Assembly (NCBI GenBank): GCA_963720315.1
Contig: CAVRFC010000005.1
Location: 1,375,437 to 1,439,436, forward strand
Reading direction: 5' to 3'
From: an uncultured Chloroflexia bacterium
GTDB lineage: Bacteria > Chloroflexota > Limnocylindria > Limnocylindrales > CSP1-4
DNA length: 64,000 bases
Shown: positions 46,077-55,246 of the stretch, piece after piece
How the letters are laid out: every line of letters starts with the position of its first letter
Position numbering within the stretch: position 1 is the stretch's first letter
Notes under the pieces: model-generated
What the model saw: only the letters and a program-made list of their open reading frames with translations
Told to the model about the DNA's origin: nothing
Database searches by the model: none
Program-made: the position numbers and the translations under genes

Positions 46077-46136
46077 GGGCCGGATAGTACGCCCGCCTCC
46101 GAGCCGATGGCCGGAGACGGGCTGCTTGACTTGGTG

Positions 46137-46778
46137 TCAGCCGGGGGTGTCGAGGCCTTCCTGGAGGACTGCCTCGACCTGATCGGCCGAGATCGGCTGC
46201 GAGAACGACAGGATCAGCTCGCGATCCAGGGCGATCGTGTCGGTCGGACCGGTCGGCCCGGGCTGGATGAGGAGAAATCGGATGGCGCCCTCGTGCTCGT
46301 CGATGTACAGGACAAGGGCGTTCTCGATCGGGTAATCGACCCATGACAGCTTGAGCGTCGTCGCGTCGATGTTCTCGACCTCGAGCGTATCCATCCCGAC
46401 GGACTGGCCCTCGGCGGGCGTCCCGGACTTGGCGTCGACGAGGAGGCCGGTATGGTCGACGATGTCGACATAGACATCGCCACCTGCCACGGTCTCGATG
46501 TCGACCCTGATCGGCATGGCGTCGGAGCCGTCGTCGGTCGGCGCCGGGGTCACGACCGGCGTCGGATCGGGCGTCGGAACCTGGGTCGGGACCGGCGTGA
46601 CAGACGGCCCGGCAGTCGCCGGTGGGGCACCGACTCCGCCGTTGCCATTGCCGTCCCCTCGACCGGCACCCGTCGCGGCGAATGCGACGACCGCTGCGAG
46701 GGCAACCCCTGCCGCGACGGCTGCGAGGGGGATAATCTGGGCGGACCGGCTTCGGCGATCAAGCGTGCGCGTTGTCAT
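46137..46778 (-). CDS. membrane-anchored/secreted protein with Pro/Thr-rich linker
   Basis: It has an N-terminal TM (IIPLAAVAAGVALAAVVAFAA), a PT-rich linker and a ~130-aa C-terminal domain of unknown family. Confidence 0.6.
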   Translation of the reverse strand: MTTRTLDRRSRSAQIIPLAAVAAGVALAAVVAFAATGAGRGDGNGNGGVGAPPATAGPSVTPVPTQVPTPDPTPVVTPAPTDDGSDAMPIRVDIETVAGGDVYVDIVDHTGLLVDAKSGTPAEGQSVGMDTLEVENIDATTLKLSWVDYPIENALVLYIDEHEGAIRFLLIQPGPTGPTDTIALDRELILSFSQPISADQVEAVLQEGLDTPG

Positions 46779-46800
46779 CGTGATGTTCCTACTTTCATTG

Positions 46801-46845
46801 GCACCGTCCGGTGCACTTGGCGATTTGCCGGCGTCGATTTGCCGG
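46801..46845. promoter_or_regulatory. palindrome GCACCG-TC-CGGTGC plus direct repeat CGATTTGCCGG x2 in a divergent, GC-poor control region
   Basis: The palindrome at 46801-46814 and the repeats at 46821-46831 and 46835-46845 are read directly. They lie between the divergent genes starting at 46778 (-) and 47036 (+). Confidence 0.3.
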
Positions 46846-47035
46846 GCTCACCACGTACGAGGAGGTCATCAGGCGATTTCTTCATCGATTCCGACCATGT
46901 GGAGGAACTTGTCGACGGATGTCCATGCTTGATGCGTCAAATGACCGACACACGAGGGGCGTCGGTGGTCTGCAACGGAACCGATAGAGAGGGAGCGGTC
47001 GGAACGGTGCATCGGCTGCACGGACGGGCCACCCT

Positions 47036-48925
47036 GTGACGGTGAACGACCGCGCCCAGTCGGGGGTTGCCGTGCCGCCGGCGAGCCTGCGCGAGCTCAT
47101 CGACCGCCTGGAAACGCTCGCCGGTCGCCGAACGGCGACCAGACCGGCCTCCGATTCCGCTCGCACCCGTGCCGCCCGCCTCCGCGATCACCTCGCGGGG
47201 CACCTCCGCGTGCGTGCTCGGAGCCTCGACGCGCCGGTCGTCGTGCTCCTGCTCGGCCCGACCGGGGCTGGCAAGAGCACGCTCTTCAATACGATCGCGG
47301 GCCGAGCCGCTAGCCCCACGGGCGTGCTCCGGCCGACCACCCGATCGGCCATCGTCCTCGCCAACCCGGACGACGCGCCGGCCGTGCGCGAGGGCACGCT
47401 CGCCGCGGTCGAGCCCCATCGGCTGCGGTTCATCGCCGACGAAGGGATCGCCCAGGGCCTCGCGCTCGTCGACGCGCCGGACGTCGACAGCGTTGAGCAC
47501 GCGAACCGGGAGCTCGCCGATCGGCTCGTCGAGGCCGCCGACCTGTGCCTGTTCGTCACGACGGCGACACGCTACGCAGATCGGGTCCCGTGGCTCGTCC
47601 TTGGTCGCGTCCGCGAGCGCGGCTTGCCGCTCATGGTCGTCGTCAATCGCCTCCCGCCGGAGGCCGACGACCGCCGCATCGTCCTCGATGACGTCGGCCG
47701 CCTGTTCGCCGAGGCGGGGCTGTCCGGCAGACCGGACGAGGCCGACGACCAGGGCGGGGCCCTCGAAGTGATCGGGGTGACCGAAGGACAGATCGATCCA
47801 GCCGGCGAAGCGCTCCTCCCTGACTCGGTTGCGCCGGTCATGGCCCGGATCGAGCATCTCCGGGCGAACCGCGAGGCGCGGATCGAGCTGGCGGCGCGGG
47901 CCCTGGCAGGCTCCCTCGCGGGGCTCGGACCGCTCGTCGATCAGATCGCCGACGATGCCGCCCACGAGGCGATCGACGCGGCCGCCCTCCACCGGATCGC
48001 GGCCACCCACCACGACCGGGGCCTGGCGGCGGTCCGCGAGGCGATGGCGCGCGGCACGTTCCTGCGCGAAGAGGCCCTCCGCCACTGGCAGGACTACGTC
48101 GGCGCGGATGATGTCACGCGCTTCTTCTCGAAGGGAATTGGGGCGATCCGTGGAGCGATCGCCAGCGTCTATCCGGCCATCCCACGCCCCGATCTCGGAG
48201 GTGCGGGAGGCCACGACCGACGATCTGCTGGGCGTCGCCCGCCTCCATGTTGCCGAAGCGGCGCGACGGACGGCCTCGGCCTGGTCGGAGGAGCGGGCCG
48301 TCGCCGAAGCGGTCGCCGCCGATCCGACCCTGTGGGGCCCGTCGGCCGGCTTCGACGATCGCTTCCGGGCCCGACTCGACGAGTGGATCGCATCGATCGC
48401 CACCGACATCGGCGAGAGCGGGGAGGGCAAGCGCCGGCTTGCGAAAGGCGCGTCGATCGGCGTGAACGCGATCGGTGTCGGGGTGATGCTCGCGACGTTC
48501 GTCCACACGGCCGGCCTCACCGGCACCGAGGTCGGGGTGGCGGCGGCAACAGCGTTCCTGAACCAGAAGCTGCTCGGTGCGCTGTTCGGCGAGGCGGCCA
48601 TGGTCGAGCTGATCGGGCGCGCCCGGCAACGCCTGGACGCCGCGCTGGCGACGACCTTCGCCGAGGAGCGCCAGCGATTCGACGCCCTGGCGCCGGCGCC
48701 CGAGGAGCTCGATGCGCTGGCCGCGGATCTGCGGTCGGCCGCCGACGAGTTGCGGGAGCTGCCGGCTGTCGTGCCGATGGACGCCCTCGCGATGTTCGGC
48801 CGGGCGGACGAGGCTGCCGTTGGTGCGGCAGCGGCCGTTGGTGCGGCAGCGGCCGCGGCGCGGCCGGCAGTGGCGAGGCCGAGGCGGACGCCGCGATCGA
48901 CGCGACCCCGCCCACGTCCCGATGA
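47036..48925 (+). CDS. dynamin-like / MMR_HSR1-type GTPase 1 of a pair; needs two frame corrections (near 48187 and near 48855)
   Basis: The P-loop is LLGPTGAGKSTLFN, followed by LVDAPDVDS. The middle segment (ISEVREATTDDLLGVARLHV...hydrophobic paddle GASIGVNAIGVGVMLATFV...) is in the frame of ORF 47829-48998. The final 22 codons return to the first frame and end in an ATGA overlap with GTPase 2. Confidence 0.75.
   Translation: MTVNDRAQSGVAVPPASLRELIDRLETLAGRRTATRPASDSARTRAARLRDHLAGHLRVRARSLDAPVVVLLLGPTGAGKSTLFNTIAGRAASPTGVLRPTTRSAIVLANPDDAPAVREGTLAAVEPHRLRFIADEGIAQGLALVDAPDVDSVEHANRELADRLVEAADLCLFVTTATRYADRVPWLVLGRVRERGLPLMVVVNRLPPEADDRRIVLDDVGRLFAEAGLSGRPDEADDQGGALEVIGVTEGQIDPAGEALLPDSVAPVMARIEHLRANREARIELAARALAGSLAGLGPLVDQIADDAAHEAIDAAALHRIAATHHDRGLAAVREAMARGTFLREEALRHWQDYVGADDVTRFFSKGIGAIRGAIASVYPAIPRPDLGGAGGHDRRSAGRRPPPCCRSGATDGLGLVGGAGRRRSGRRRSDPVGPVGRLRRSLPGPTRRVDRIDRHRHRRERGGQAPACERRVDRRERDRCRGDARDVRPHGRPHRHRGRGGGGNSVPEPEAARCAVRRGGHGRADRARPATPGRRAGDDLRRGAPAIRRPGAGARGARCAGRGSAVGRRRVAGAAGCRADGRPRDVRPGGRGCRWCGSGRWCGSGRGAAGSGEAEADAAIDATPPTSR
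48816..48851 (+). repeat. perfect 18-bp tandem duplication (GCCGTTGGTGCGGCAGCG x2) inside the 3' end of GTPase 1
   Basis: It is read directly. It encodes AVGAAA twice and lies immediately upstream of the second frame change. Confidence 0.9.
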
Positions 48926-50628
48926 CTGTCGCGGAACCGGCCGCGGCCGGCCGCAGCGTCGTTCCCGCGCTCCCGGATTGGGCCGGCCCCTCGATTGAGG
49001 ACCGAGGTATCGGCGCCTGCCTCAAGCGGCTCGACGACGCCATCGCCGCCGCGGCGACGCTGGGAGTGTCCACCGCGGATGCCGAGGCCGTCCGCAGCGA
49101 GATCGGCGGCCGGCTCGGCTTCCCGGCCGACTCATACGTCCTTGCCCTCGTTGGCGGCACCGGAGTCGGCAAGTCGAGCCTGCTCAATGCCCTCGCCGGA
49201 ACGTCCGTGAGCGACGCGTCCGCCCGCCGGCCGACGACCGCGCACCCGATCGCCTGGGTCTCCCGCTCAAGCCATTCGGAGCTGGCTGGGCTGCTCGGCT
49301 GGCTCAGCGTCTCGGACGACGAGGTTCGCGACCACGACGAGGAAGGGCCAGGCGACGTCGCGATCCTCGATCTGCCGGACCTCGACTCGATCGAGCGCGA
49401 GCACCGCGAACGGGTCGAGGCGATCCTCCCACGCGTCGATGCGGTTGTCTGGGTCACGGACCCGGAGAAGTACCACGACGCGATCCTCCACGACGACTTC
49501 CTCGCCGAGTGGCTGCCCCGGCTCGATCGCCAGGTGGTCGTGCTCAACAAGACGGATCGGCTGTCGCCCGATGACGCCGAGCGCGTCCGACGCGACCTCG
49601 AGCGCGACCTGGCGCGGATGGCCGGCGGAGGCGGCCGGGGGCCGCGGGTCCGGGTGCTGCTCGCCTCGGCCCGCAGCGGTGGACATGTCGGCATCGAGCA
49701 CTTCCGCGAGTGGCTCGCCGGTGCGGTCGAGGCGAAACGTGTCGTTCGGGCCCGCCTCGTGACCTCGATCGCGGCGGCCGTCGCCGCGCTTGCTCACGCT
49801 GCCGGCATCGACCCCACGATGCGGGCCCGACCGTTCGTCGACGGATCGGCGCGGCGCGAGACCATCGACCGCGTCACCGGGGAGCTCTTGCGCGTCATCG
49901 ACTTGCCTGCCGCGGAGCGCCAGGCGGTCGCCGCCACGCGCGCCCGTGCCCGGGCCAGGGGCGCCGGCCCGCTCGGCGCGATCACCTCGCGGATCTATCG
50001 CTGGTCCGGGCGCCAGGCCCGCGTCGCGGATCCAGGGACCTTCCTCACCCGATGGCGGGAGCGAGGTTCTATCGCGCCCGCGCTCGAGCTCCTCCGCGCG
50101 GCCGTCAGCGTCCCACTCGCGGAGGCGCCGCCGACCACCCGTGGCACGCTTGCCACGAGCGTCGAGCCTAGGGCAGTCGGCGCGAACCTTGGTCGAGCAG
50201 TCGACCGGGCGATTGCCGCGCGGGCCGCGACTGTCCCGTCAAGCCGGATCTGGACGCTCATCGGGCTTATGCAGACCCTTGCCACGCTGGCCCTGGTGTT
50301 CACCGTGGCCTGGGTGGTGCTGTGGGTTTTCGTCAAGTTCCCTGTCGACTCGGTCGTCGTGCCGGTTCTGGGGCAGCTACCGGTTCCGTTCGTTGCCCTC
50401 ATTGCCGCTCTGCTGGCCGGCTACCTCATTGCGAGGCTGCTGGGTCTCCATGCCGGGTGGGTCGGGCGCCGCTGGGCCCGTGGCCTCGGCCGCGAGGTGC
50501 GCGCGAATGTCGCCCGGGAGGTCGAAACCTCGGCGTTCGCAGGGCTGGATCGGCTCGAGACTGCCCGGCGGGCCCTCTGGACCGCGGCGCGCGGCGCGGG
50601 CGAGGACTGTGCGACTCGGCGAAGCTAA
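48922..50628 (+). CDS. dynamin-like / MMR_HSR1-type GTPase 2 with C-terminal TM hairpin
   Basis: Motifs are the P-loop LVGGTGVGKSSLLN, then ILDLPDLDS and NKTDRL (G4). The C-terminal hydrophobic pair is IWTLIGLMQTLATLALVFTVAWVVLWV and PVPFVALIAALLAGYLIARLL. Confidence 0.85.
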   Translation: MTVAEPAAAGRSVVPALPDWAGPSIEDRGIGACLKRLDDAIAAAATLGVSTADAEAVRSEIGGRLGFPADSYVLALVGGTGVGKSSLLNALAGTSVSDASARRPTTAHPIAWVSRSSHSELAGLLGWLSVSDDEVRDHDEEGPGDVAILDLPDLDSIEREHRERVEAILPRVDAVVWVTDPEKYHDAILHDDFLAEWLPRLDRQVVVLNKTDRLSPDDAERVRRDLERDLARMAGGGGRGPRVRVLLASARSGGHVGIEHFREWLAGAVEAKRVVRARLVTSIAAAVAALAHAAGIDPTMRARPFVDGSARRETIDRVTGELLRVIDLPAAERQAVAATRARARARGAGPLGAITSRIYRWSGRQARVADPGTFLTRWRERGSIAPALELLRAAVSVPLAEAPPTTRGTLATSVEPRAVGANLGRAVDRAIAARAATVPSSRIWTLIGLMQTLATLALVFTVAWVVLWVFVKFPVDSVVVPVLGQLPVPFVALIAALLAGYLIARLLGLHAGWVGRRWARGLGREVRANVAREVETSAFAGLDRLETARRALWTAARGAGEDCATRRS

Positions 50629-50652
50629 GAGTCGATTGAAAGGACGCCACTG

Positions 50653-51249
50653 ATGAGAGAGTTGCTCGTAACCACGTTTCTGACCCTCGACGGGGTCATG
50701 CAGGCCCCAGGCGGACCCCGCGAGGACGAGAGCGGCGGCTTCACGCAGGGCGGCTGGTCGATGAACTACTGGGACGGAATGATGGGTCAGATCATGGACG
50801 AGGCGACGAGCAAGCCATTCGCCATGGTTCTCGGCCGGACGACCTACGACATCATGGCCGCGTATTGGCCGCACGCCTCCGAGGAGGAGGGCGCGAAGCC
50901 GCTCAACGACGCGACCAAGTACGTCGCGTCGCGAGGCCAGCCCACCCTGGAGTGGAGCAACTCCGTCCTTATCGAGGGGGATGCGGCCGAAGGCATCGCG
51001 GCACTCAAGAAGGAAGATGGACCGGAGCTGCAGGTGCATGGCAGCGGCAACCTGGTCCAGACGTTGATGCGCAACAACCTCGTCGACAGGTACCGCCTGT
51101 GGGTCTTCCCGGTCGTCATTGGGTCGGGCAAGCGCTTGTTTGCTGAAGGGACGGTCCCGTCTGGGCTGAAGCTCGTGGATTCGAAGGTCTCGACTACTGG
51201 AGTCGTGATCGGCACGTACGAGCCGGCAGGCGAGATCGCGACGGGATAG
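50653..51249 (+). CDS. dihydrofolate reductase-family protein (RibD C-terminal domain)
   Basis: Motifs are FLTLDGVMQAPGGPRED, LGRTTYDIMAAYWP, VHGSGNLVQTL and PVVIGSGKRLF. Confidence 0.85.
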   Translation: MRELLVTTFLTLDGVMQAPGGPREDESGGFTQGGWSMNYWDGMMGQIMDEATSKPFAMVLGRTTYDIMAAYWPHASEEEGAKPLNDATKYVASRGQPTLEWSNSVLIEGDAAEGIAALKKEDGPELQVHGSGNLVQTLMRNNLVDRYRLWVFPVVIGSGKRLFAEGTVPSGLKLVDSKVSTTGVVIGTYEPAGEIATG

Positions 51250-51260
51250 TTCGCGCTGGA

Positions 51261-52076
51261 CTAGCGTCGCCCGCGTGCGGCGATGTCCGTGACCTCACCG
51301 GGCTCGAGCACCCTCACGTCGACCTCCGAGTTGGTTTCGAGTTCCGCCGCGAATCGCGCAGCCGGCTCGCGGAGCGGCCGCGGCCAGATGCGCCAGAAGC
51401 CGGCCGGGTAGAACGTGCCCCAGTGGATCGGGATCACGACGCTCGCCCCGACCGCGACGGCGGCCCGCGCTGCGCTGGCCGGGCCGAGGCGATCGGGTCC
51501 TGGATGCGGCCCCCAGCGACCGACCGGCAGCAAGGCGACGTCGACCCGCCCAGCGAGGTCAGCCATCGAGGAGAAGAACCTGGTGTCCCCGGCAAAATAG
51601 AGCCCGCTCGAACCCTCGATGAGGAAGCCGATCGTCAGCGCGTGCGGTCGGAGTGGCCAGCGCAGGTGAAGCGCAGGCACCGCGGTGATCGCTACCCGGC
51701 CGACTTCGACAGAGTCACCGACGCGGACCTCCTCGACCGGACGTCCGAGTCGCGCCGCCGCCGCGCCGAGCCCGAGCGGGACGAGGAGCGGGGCCACCCC
51801 GCCGAGCCGACGGATCGATCCCGGGTCAAAGTGATCGGGATGGGCGTGCGAGACGAGGATGGCGTCCAGCGCGCCGAGTGCCCCGAGCTCCGGCGTCGGC
51901 CCGTGGCGGCGGAGCGGCCCGAGCCGATCCCCGAGGACAGGATCGGTGAGGAGGCGCACCCCGTCGAGTTCGATCAGGAGCGTCGCGTGACCGAGGTACG
52001 CGATGCGGAGGACGCTGGCCGGCTCCTCAGCCGTCTCCCGTCCTCCCCGCTCCGAGCGGTTCTCGCCAGCCGGCAC
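51261..52076 (-). CDS. MBL-fold metallo-hydrolase
   Basis: It has the VSHAHPDHFD motif and the N-terminal YLGHATLLIE. The start is uncertain because it overlaps the upstream gene by 50 nt. Confidence 0.85.
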   Translation of the reverse strand: MPAGENRSERGGRETAEEPASVLRIAYLGHATLLIELDGVRLLTDPVLGDRLGPLRRHGPTPELGALGALDAILVSHAHPDHFDPGSIRRLGGVAPLLVPLGLGAAAARLGRPVEEVRVGDSVEVGRVAITAVPALHLRWPLRPHALTIGFLIEGSSGLYFAGDTRFFSSMADLAGRVDVALLPVGRWGPHPGPDRLGPASAARAAVAVGASVVIPIHWGTFYPAGFWRIWPRPLREPAARFAAELETNSEVDVRVLEPGEVTDIAARGRR

Positions 52077-52701
52077 GCTCCCGCGCCGCCTTGGAGCGCG
52101 GCATCCGCGTGAGGGTGAACAACGCGCCGAGCACCGCGCCGACCCACGACTCCGCGATATCGTCCATCGAGTCCTCGTAGGTCAGGTTCATCCCATCGGC
52201 GCCCAGGCGCCAGGCGCCGTATTCGGCAACCTCCCATGCAGTCTCGGCCGCGATCGCGACGCCGGCGCCGGCGAGTGCCGCCTGCCACCGATCATCGACG
52301 CGTGGAGCGAAGAGCGCCCCGGCAACCCCGCTGACGATCGCGGCGTTGGCAACGTGGACGACGTCGTCGATGTGGGCCCTCTCGTATAGCCCGAGCGCAT
52401 TGCCCGCGGCATCCAGCAGGAGCGGTGTGGTCACCGCCAGGTCGAGTTCATGGGGGTAGCGGCCGCGATCGGGCAGGAGGCGCCAGACGACCGGCACGAT
52501 GAAGAGTGCCGCCGTATAGCCCACGGCGCGGGCCCGGATCGCCTTGCCCCGGAGCCGCGGCGAGTCCGCGTTGAGCAGCGCATCGACGGCGCACACGATC
52601 GTGACCGCCTTCGCGGCGGTCGTAACCGCGGCGAGAGCGGCATCGAGCCGTGGCCGGGCTGTCGCCTCGACCTTCCGGTCGGCGCGGCTGACGTCAGTCA
52701 T
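52027..52701 (-). CDS. membrane protein, unknown family
   Basis: Several TM helices are present. The start is taken at MTDVSRADRK. It is divergent from the MFS gene across an AT-rich spacer. Confidence 0.55.
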   Translation of the reverse strand: MTDVSRADRKVEATARPRLDAALAAVTTAAKAVTIVCAVDALLNADSPRLRGKAIRARAVGYTAALFIVPVVWRLLPDRGRYPHELDLAVTTPLLLDAAGNALGLYERAHIDDVVHVANAAIVSGVAGALFAPRVDDRWQAALAGAGVAIAAETAWEVAEYGAWRLGADGMNLTYEDSMDDIAESWVGAVLGALFTLTRMPRSKAARERAGWREPLGAGRTGDG

Positions 52702-52867
52702 AGCGGGATGTGTACCCGACCTCCGATCACGGCGCGCGTCCCTGCCCCGCCGAAAGGCTTGCAATCGCGCACGATCCCGGCGCACGCGTCCGAGGCCAGC
52801 CGGGACTTCAACATTACATCTACCTTACTTTCCACAATCTGCGTGGATAACTTCCCGCACCGCTACG

Positions 52868-54077
52868 ATGCGCGGGCCCGTGTCCGATACCCCGTCATCC
52901 CCTGTTCCTGCGTCGATCGTTCGGCCCGCAATTGTCTACTTCCTCCTGTTCGGGGCGGTCGCCGCCTATTTCCCGTACATCGCGGTCTACTTCCGATCGA
53001 TCGGTCTGGACCTGCCGGCGATCGGGCTGCTCGCCGCGCTGAACGCGGGGGTCGCGGTCATCGCCGCACCGGCCTGGGGAGCGCTGGTGGACCGTGTCCG
53101 CGATGTCAGAGGCCCGCTCGCCGTCGCCGGCCTCTGGTCGGCGGCCGCCGCGACCTGGCTGGCGGTGACGCGCGAGCCGCTTCTCGTTGCGATCGCCGTC
53201 GCGATCCTGGCCGCGGGTTCGGCCGGTCTCGGCCCGATGCTCGACAGCCGAACGATCCAGATCGTCGGCAAGAACCGAGACCGCTACGGCCGGGCGCGGG
53301 CGTTCGGATCGCTCGCGTTCACCATTGGCGCGCTCGGCGTCGGGATCCTGATCGGCCAGACGGGTCCCCAGGGCTTGTTCCTCGTCTATGTTCCGGGGCT
53401 CTTCCTCACGGGCGTGGTCGCGTATCTGTTGCTCGGCGGTCCGGACCACGGGACTGGGGCAACAGGGCGATTTCAGGACGAGTTTCGCGTCAGGCCTGTC
53501 CGACCTCGTTCGCGATCCGACGTTGTTGCTGTTCTTCATCGGTTCGGTCCTGCTCTGGATCGCGGTCTCGGCGGTCCACACGTTTCTGTCCGTCCACCTC
53601 GTCCAGCTTGGCGCGAGCAGCGCCCTCGTCGGCCTCGTCTGGACTCCGGGTGCGCTCGTGGAGGTTCCGCTGATGCTGGCCTTCCCGCTCCTCGTCCGCC
53701 GCGTCGGCGCGGAGCGATTGCTCGTCCTCGGCGGCCTGGCATTCGCCGTTCGCGCGGGGCTCTGGGCGCTGACGTCGGAGCCACTCCTGTTCGTGGCCAT
53801 CGCGCCGCTCGGCGGAATCGGTTACGCCCTCTTCTACGTCGGGACCGTCACGTACGTCTCGCGGGCGGTCCCACCGAGCGTCCAGGCGACCGCCCAGGGC
53901 CTCTTCTCGGGGACGGCGTTCAGCATCGGCTCGATCCTCGGTGCGGTGATCGGCGGCCAGATCGCCGCGGCCCTCACGATCCCGGGCATGTTCGCGGTCT
54001 CGGCCGTCGTGACAGCCGTCGGCGCGGCGATCGTCCTGTGGGCGACGGAGGCGCGGAAAACCGCCCGTCGCGGCTGA
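52868..54077 (+). CDS. MFS transporter (MFS_1_like/HcaT-like); one frame correction near 53450
   Basis: The N-half YFLLFGAVAAYFPYIAVYFRSIGL... is in the frame of ORF 52544-55111. The C-half DLVRDPTLLLFFIGSVLLWIAVSAVHTF... is in ORF 53388-54077. Confidence 0.8.
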
Positions 54078-54187
54078 GTCGTACCATTGAGGAGCACCGG
54101 CCGGGCGTCGCTCACTCCGCGACCCAGCCGCATCCAGCCGCCTCCACGCACCTCGAAACCCCAGCCGAGAAGAAGGAGGACTCCCCG

Positions 54188-55111
54188 ATGAAGCGACGCC
54201 TCAGCGCCGTCCTCGCCCTCGCCATGGTCGTGACACTGTTCGCCGCCCCGGCGAGTGCCGCGATTCCCTTCCCGAACGTGATCGCCCTGCCGAACGGCTG
54301 GGCGCCGGAAGGAATCACCGCCGGCAACGGAACTACCGTGTATGTCGGCTCGCTCGCGACCGGCTCGGTCCTGAAGGCCGATGTCCGGACAGGAGACACG
54401 TCGCTACTCGTGCCGGGAGGCGCCCCGCCGGCCGTCGGCGTTGAGTACGACGCGGCCGCGAACCGGCTGTGGGTCGCCGGCGGCCCGACCGGCCAGGTCC
54501 GGGTGTACGACGCCTCCTCCGGCTCGCCCCTCGAGACGTACACGTTCTCGCCGGCCGGATTCCTCAACGATCTCGTTGTCACCGAGTCCGCGGTATACGT
54601 GACGGATTCCGGCTTCGCCCATCTCAATGTCATTCCGCTGGGGGACAACGGCGCGCTGCCCGATCCATCCGAAGCCACGACGCTCCCTCTGACCGGTGAC
54701 TTCGAGCTGGTCGCGGACCAGTTCAACGCCAACGGCATCGTCGCGGCGCGCGGCTGGCTGATCATCGTCAATTCCTTCACGGGGCAGTTGTTCCGGGTCG
54801 ATGCCGCGACGGGCGAGGCCACCGAGATCCAGCTAGGCGCCGACGTCGACGTGACGTTTGGCGACGGGCTCGAGGTCCGCGGCGGGACGCTGTACGTCGT
54901 CCAGAACCGGCTCAACCGCGTCGCGGTGTTCGCCCTCGGACCCGGGCTGGCGATGGCCCTGCGGCTGGGATTCCTGAGCTCGGACACCCTGGCGGTCCCG
55001 ACGACGGCGGCGTGGGTCGCCGGCAGCGTCTACGCGGTCAATGCGCGCTTCGGGACGCCGGTGACACCCGACACGGAGTACTGGATCACGCGGCTACCCG
55101 CCATGCCATAG
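54188..55111 (+). CDS. secreted beta-propeller protein (SGL/NHL-like, tentative)
   Basis: AAGGAGGA lies upstream of the ATG at 54188. The signal peptide is MKRRLSAVLALAMVVTLFAAPASA. Blade-like segments are repeated. It forms the tail of the artefactual 855-aa track ORF. Confidence 0.7.
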   Translation: MKRRLSAVLALAMVVTLFAAPASAAIPFPNVIALPNGWAPEGITAGNGTTVYVGSLATGSVLKADVRTGDTSLLVPGGAPPAVGVEYDAAANRLWVAGGPTGQVRVYDASSGSPLETYTFSPAGFLNDLVVTESAVYVTDSGFAHLNVIPLGDNGALPDPSEATTLPLTGDFELVADQFNANGIVAARGWLIIVNSFTGQLFRVDAATGEATEIQLGADVDVTFGDGLEVRGGTLYVVQNRLNRVAVFALGPGLAMALRLGFLSSDTLAVPTTAAWVAGSVYAVNARFGTPVTPDTEYWITRLPAMP

Positions 55112-55154
55112 GGGAGTGTGGCTCCGGCGCGCGTAGGGCACATCGGCCCCCTAT

Positions 55155-55226
55155 CTGGCCAAACTTGCATCGGCCCGAGCCCGCGCTCCACCTCCGCCAA
55201 CGTTCCGCGGGCGCAAGTTTGGCCAG
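55155..55226. mobile_element. MITE/REP-like element A (72 bp) with 14-bp perfect terminal inverted repeats CTGGCCAAACTTGC / GCAAGTTTGGCCAG
   Basis: It is read directly, between convergent genes. The 22 nt at 55209-55230 are identical to 61172-61193. Its interior matches the reverse complement of the left end of element B. Confidence 0.65.
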
Positions 55227-55246
55227 GAACGGCGGTGACGGGATGC

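Noticed and set aside
46937-48601. Very long antisense ORFs in the track. Examples are 46937-48601 (554 aa), 19918-21438 (506 aa), 62014-63627 (537 aa), 30323-31879 (518 aa), 5614-6972 (452 aa), 42362-43570 (402 aa), 18499-19608 and 17639-18667.
   Set aside because: Each lies opposite or out of frame to a gene with clear family motifs. Their translations are Arg/Pro/Gly/Ala-rich low-complexity text, which is typical of GC-driven shadow ORFs.
52544-55111. An 855-aa ORF suggesting one giant protein.
   Set aside because: It is an accidental read-through. Its first 108 aa are non-coding-like. The middle is the N-half of an MFS transporter, whose C-half continues in another frame. The last 307 aa form a separate secreted protein with its own AAGGAGGA RBS, ATG (54188) and signal peptide.
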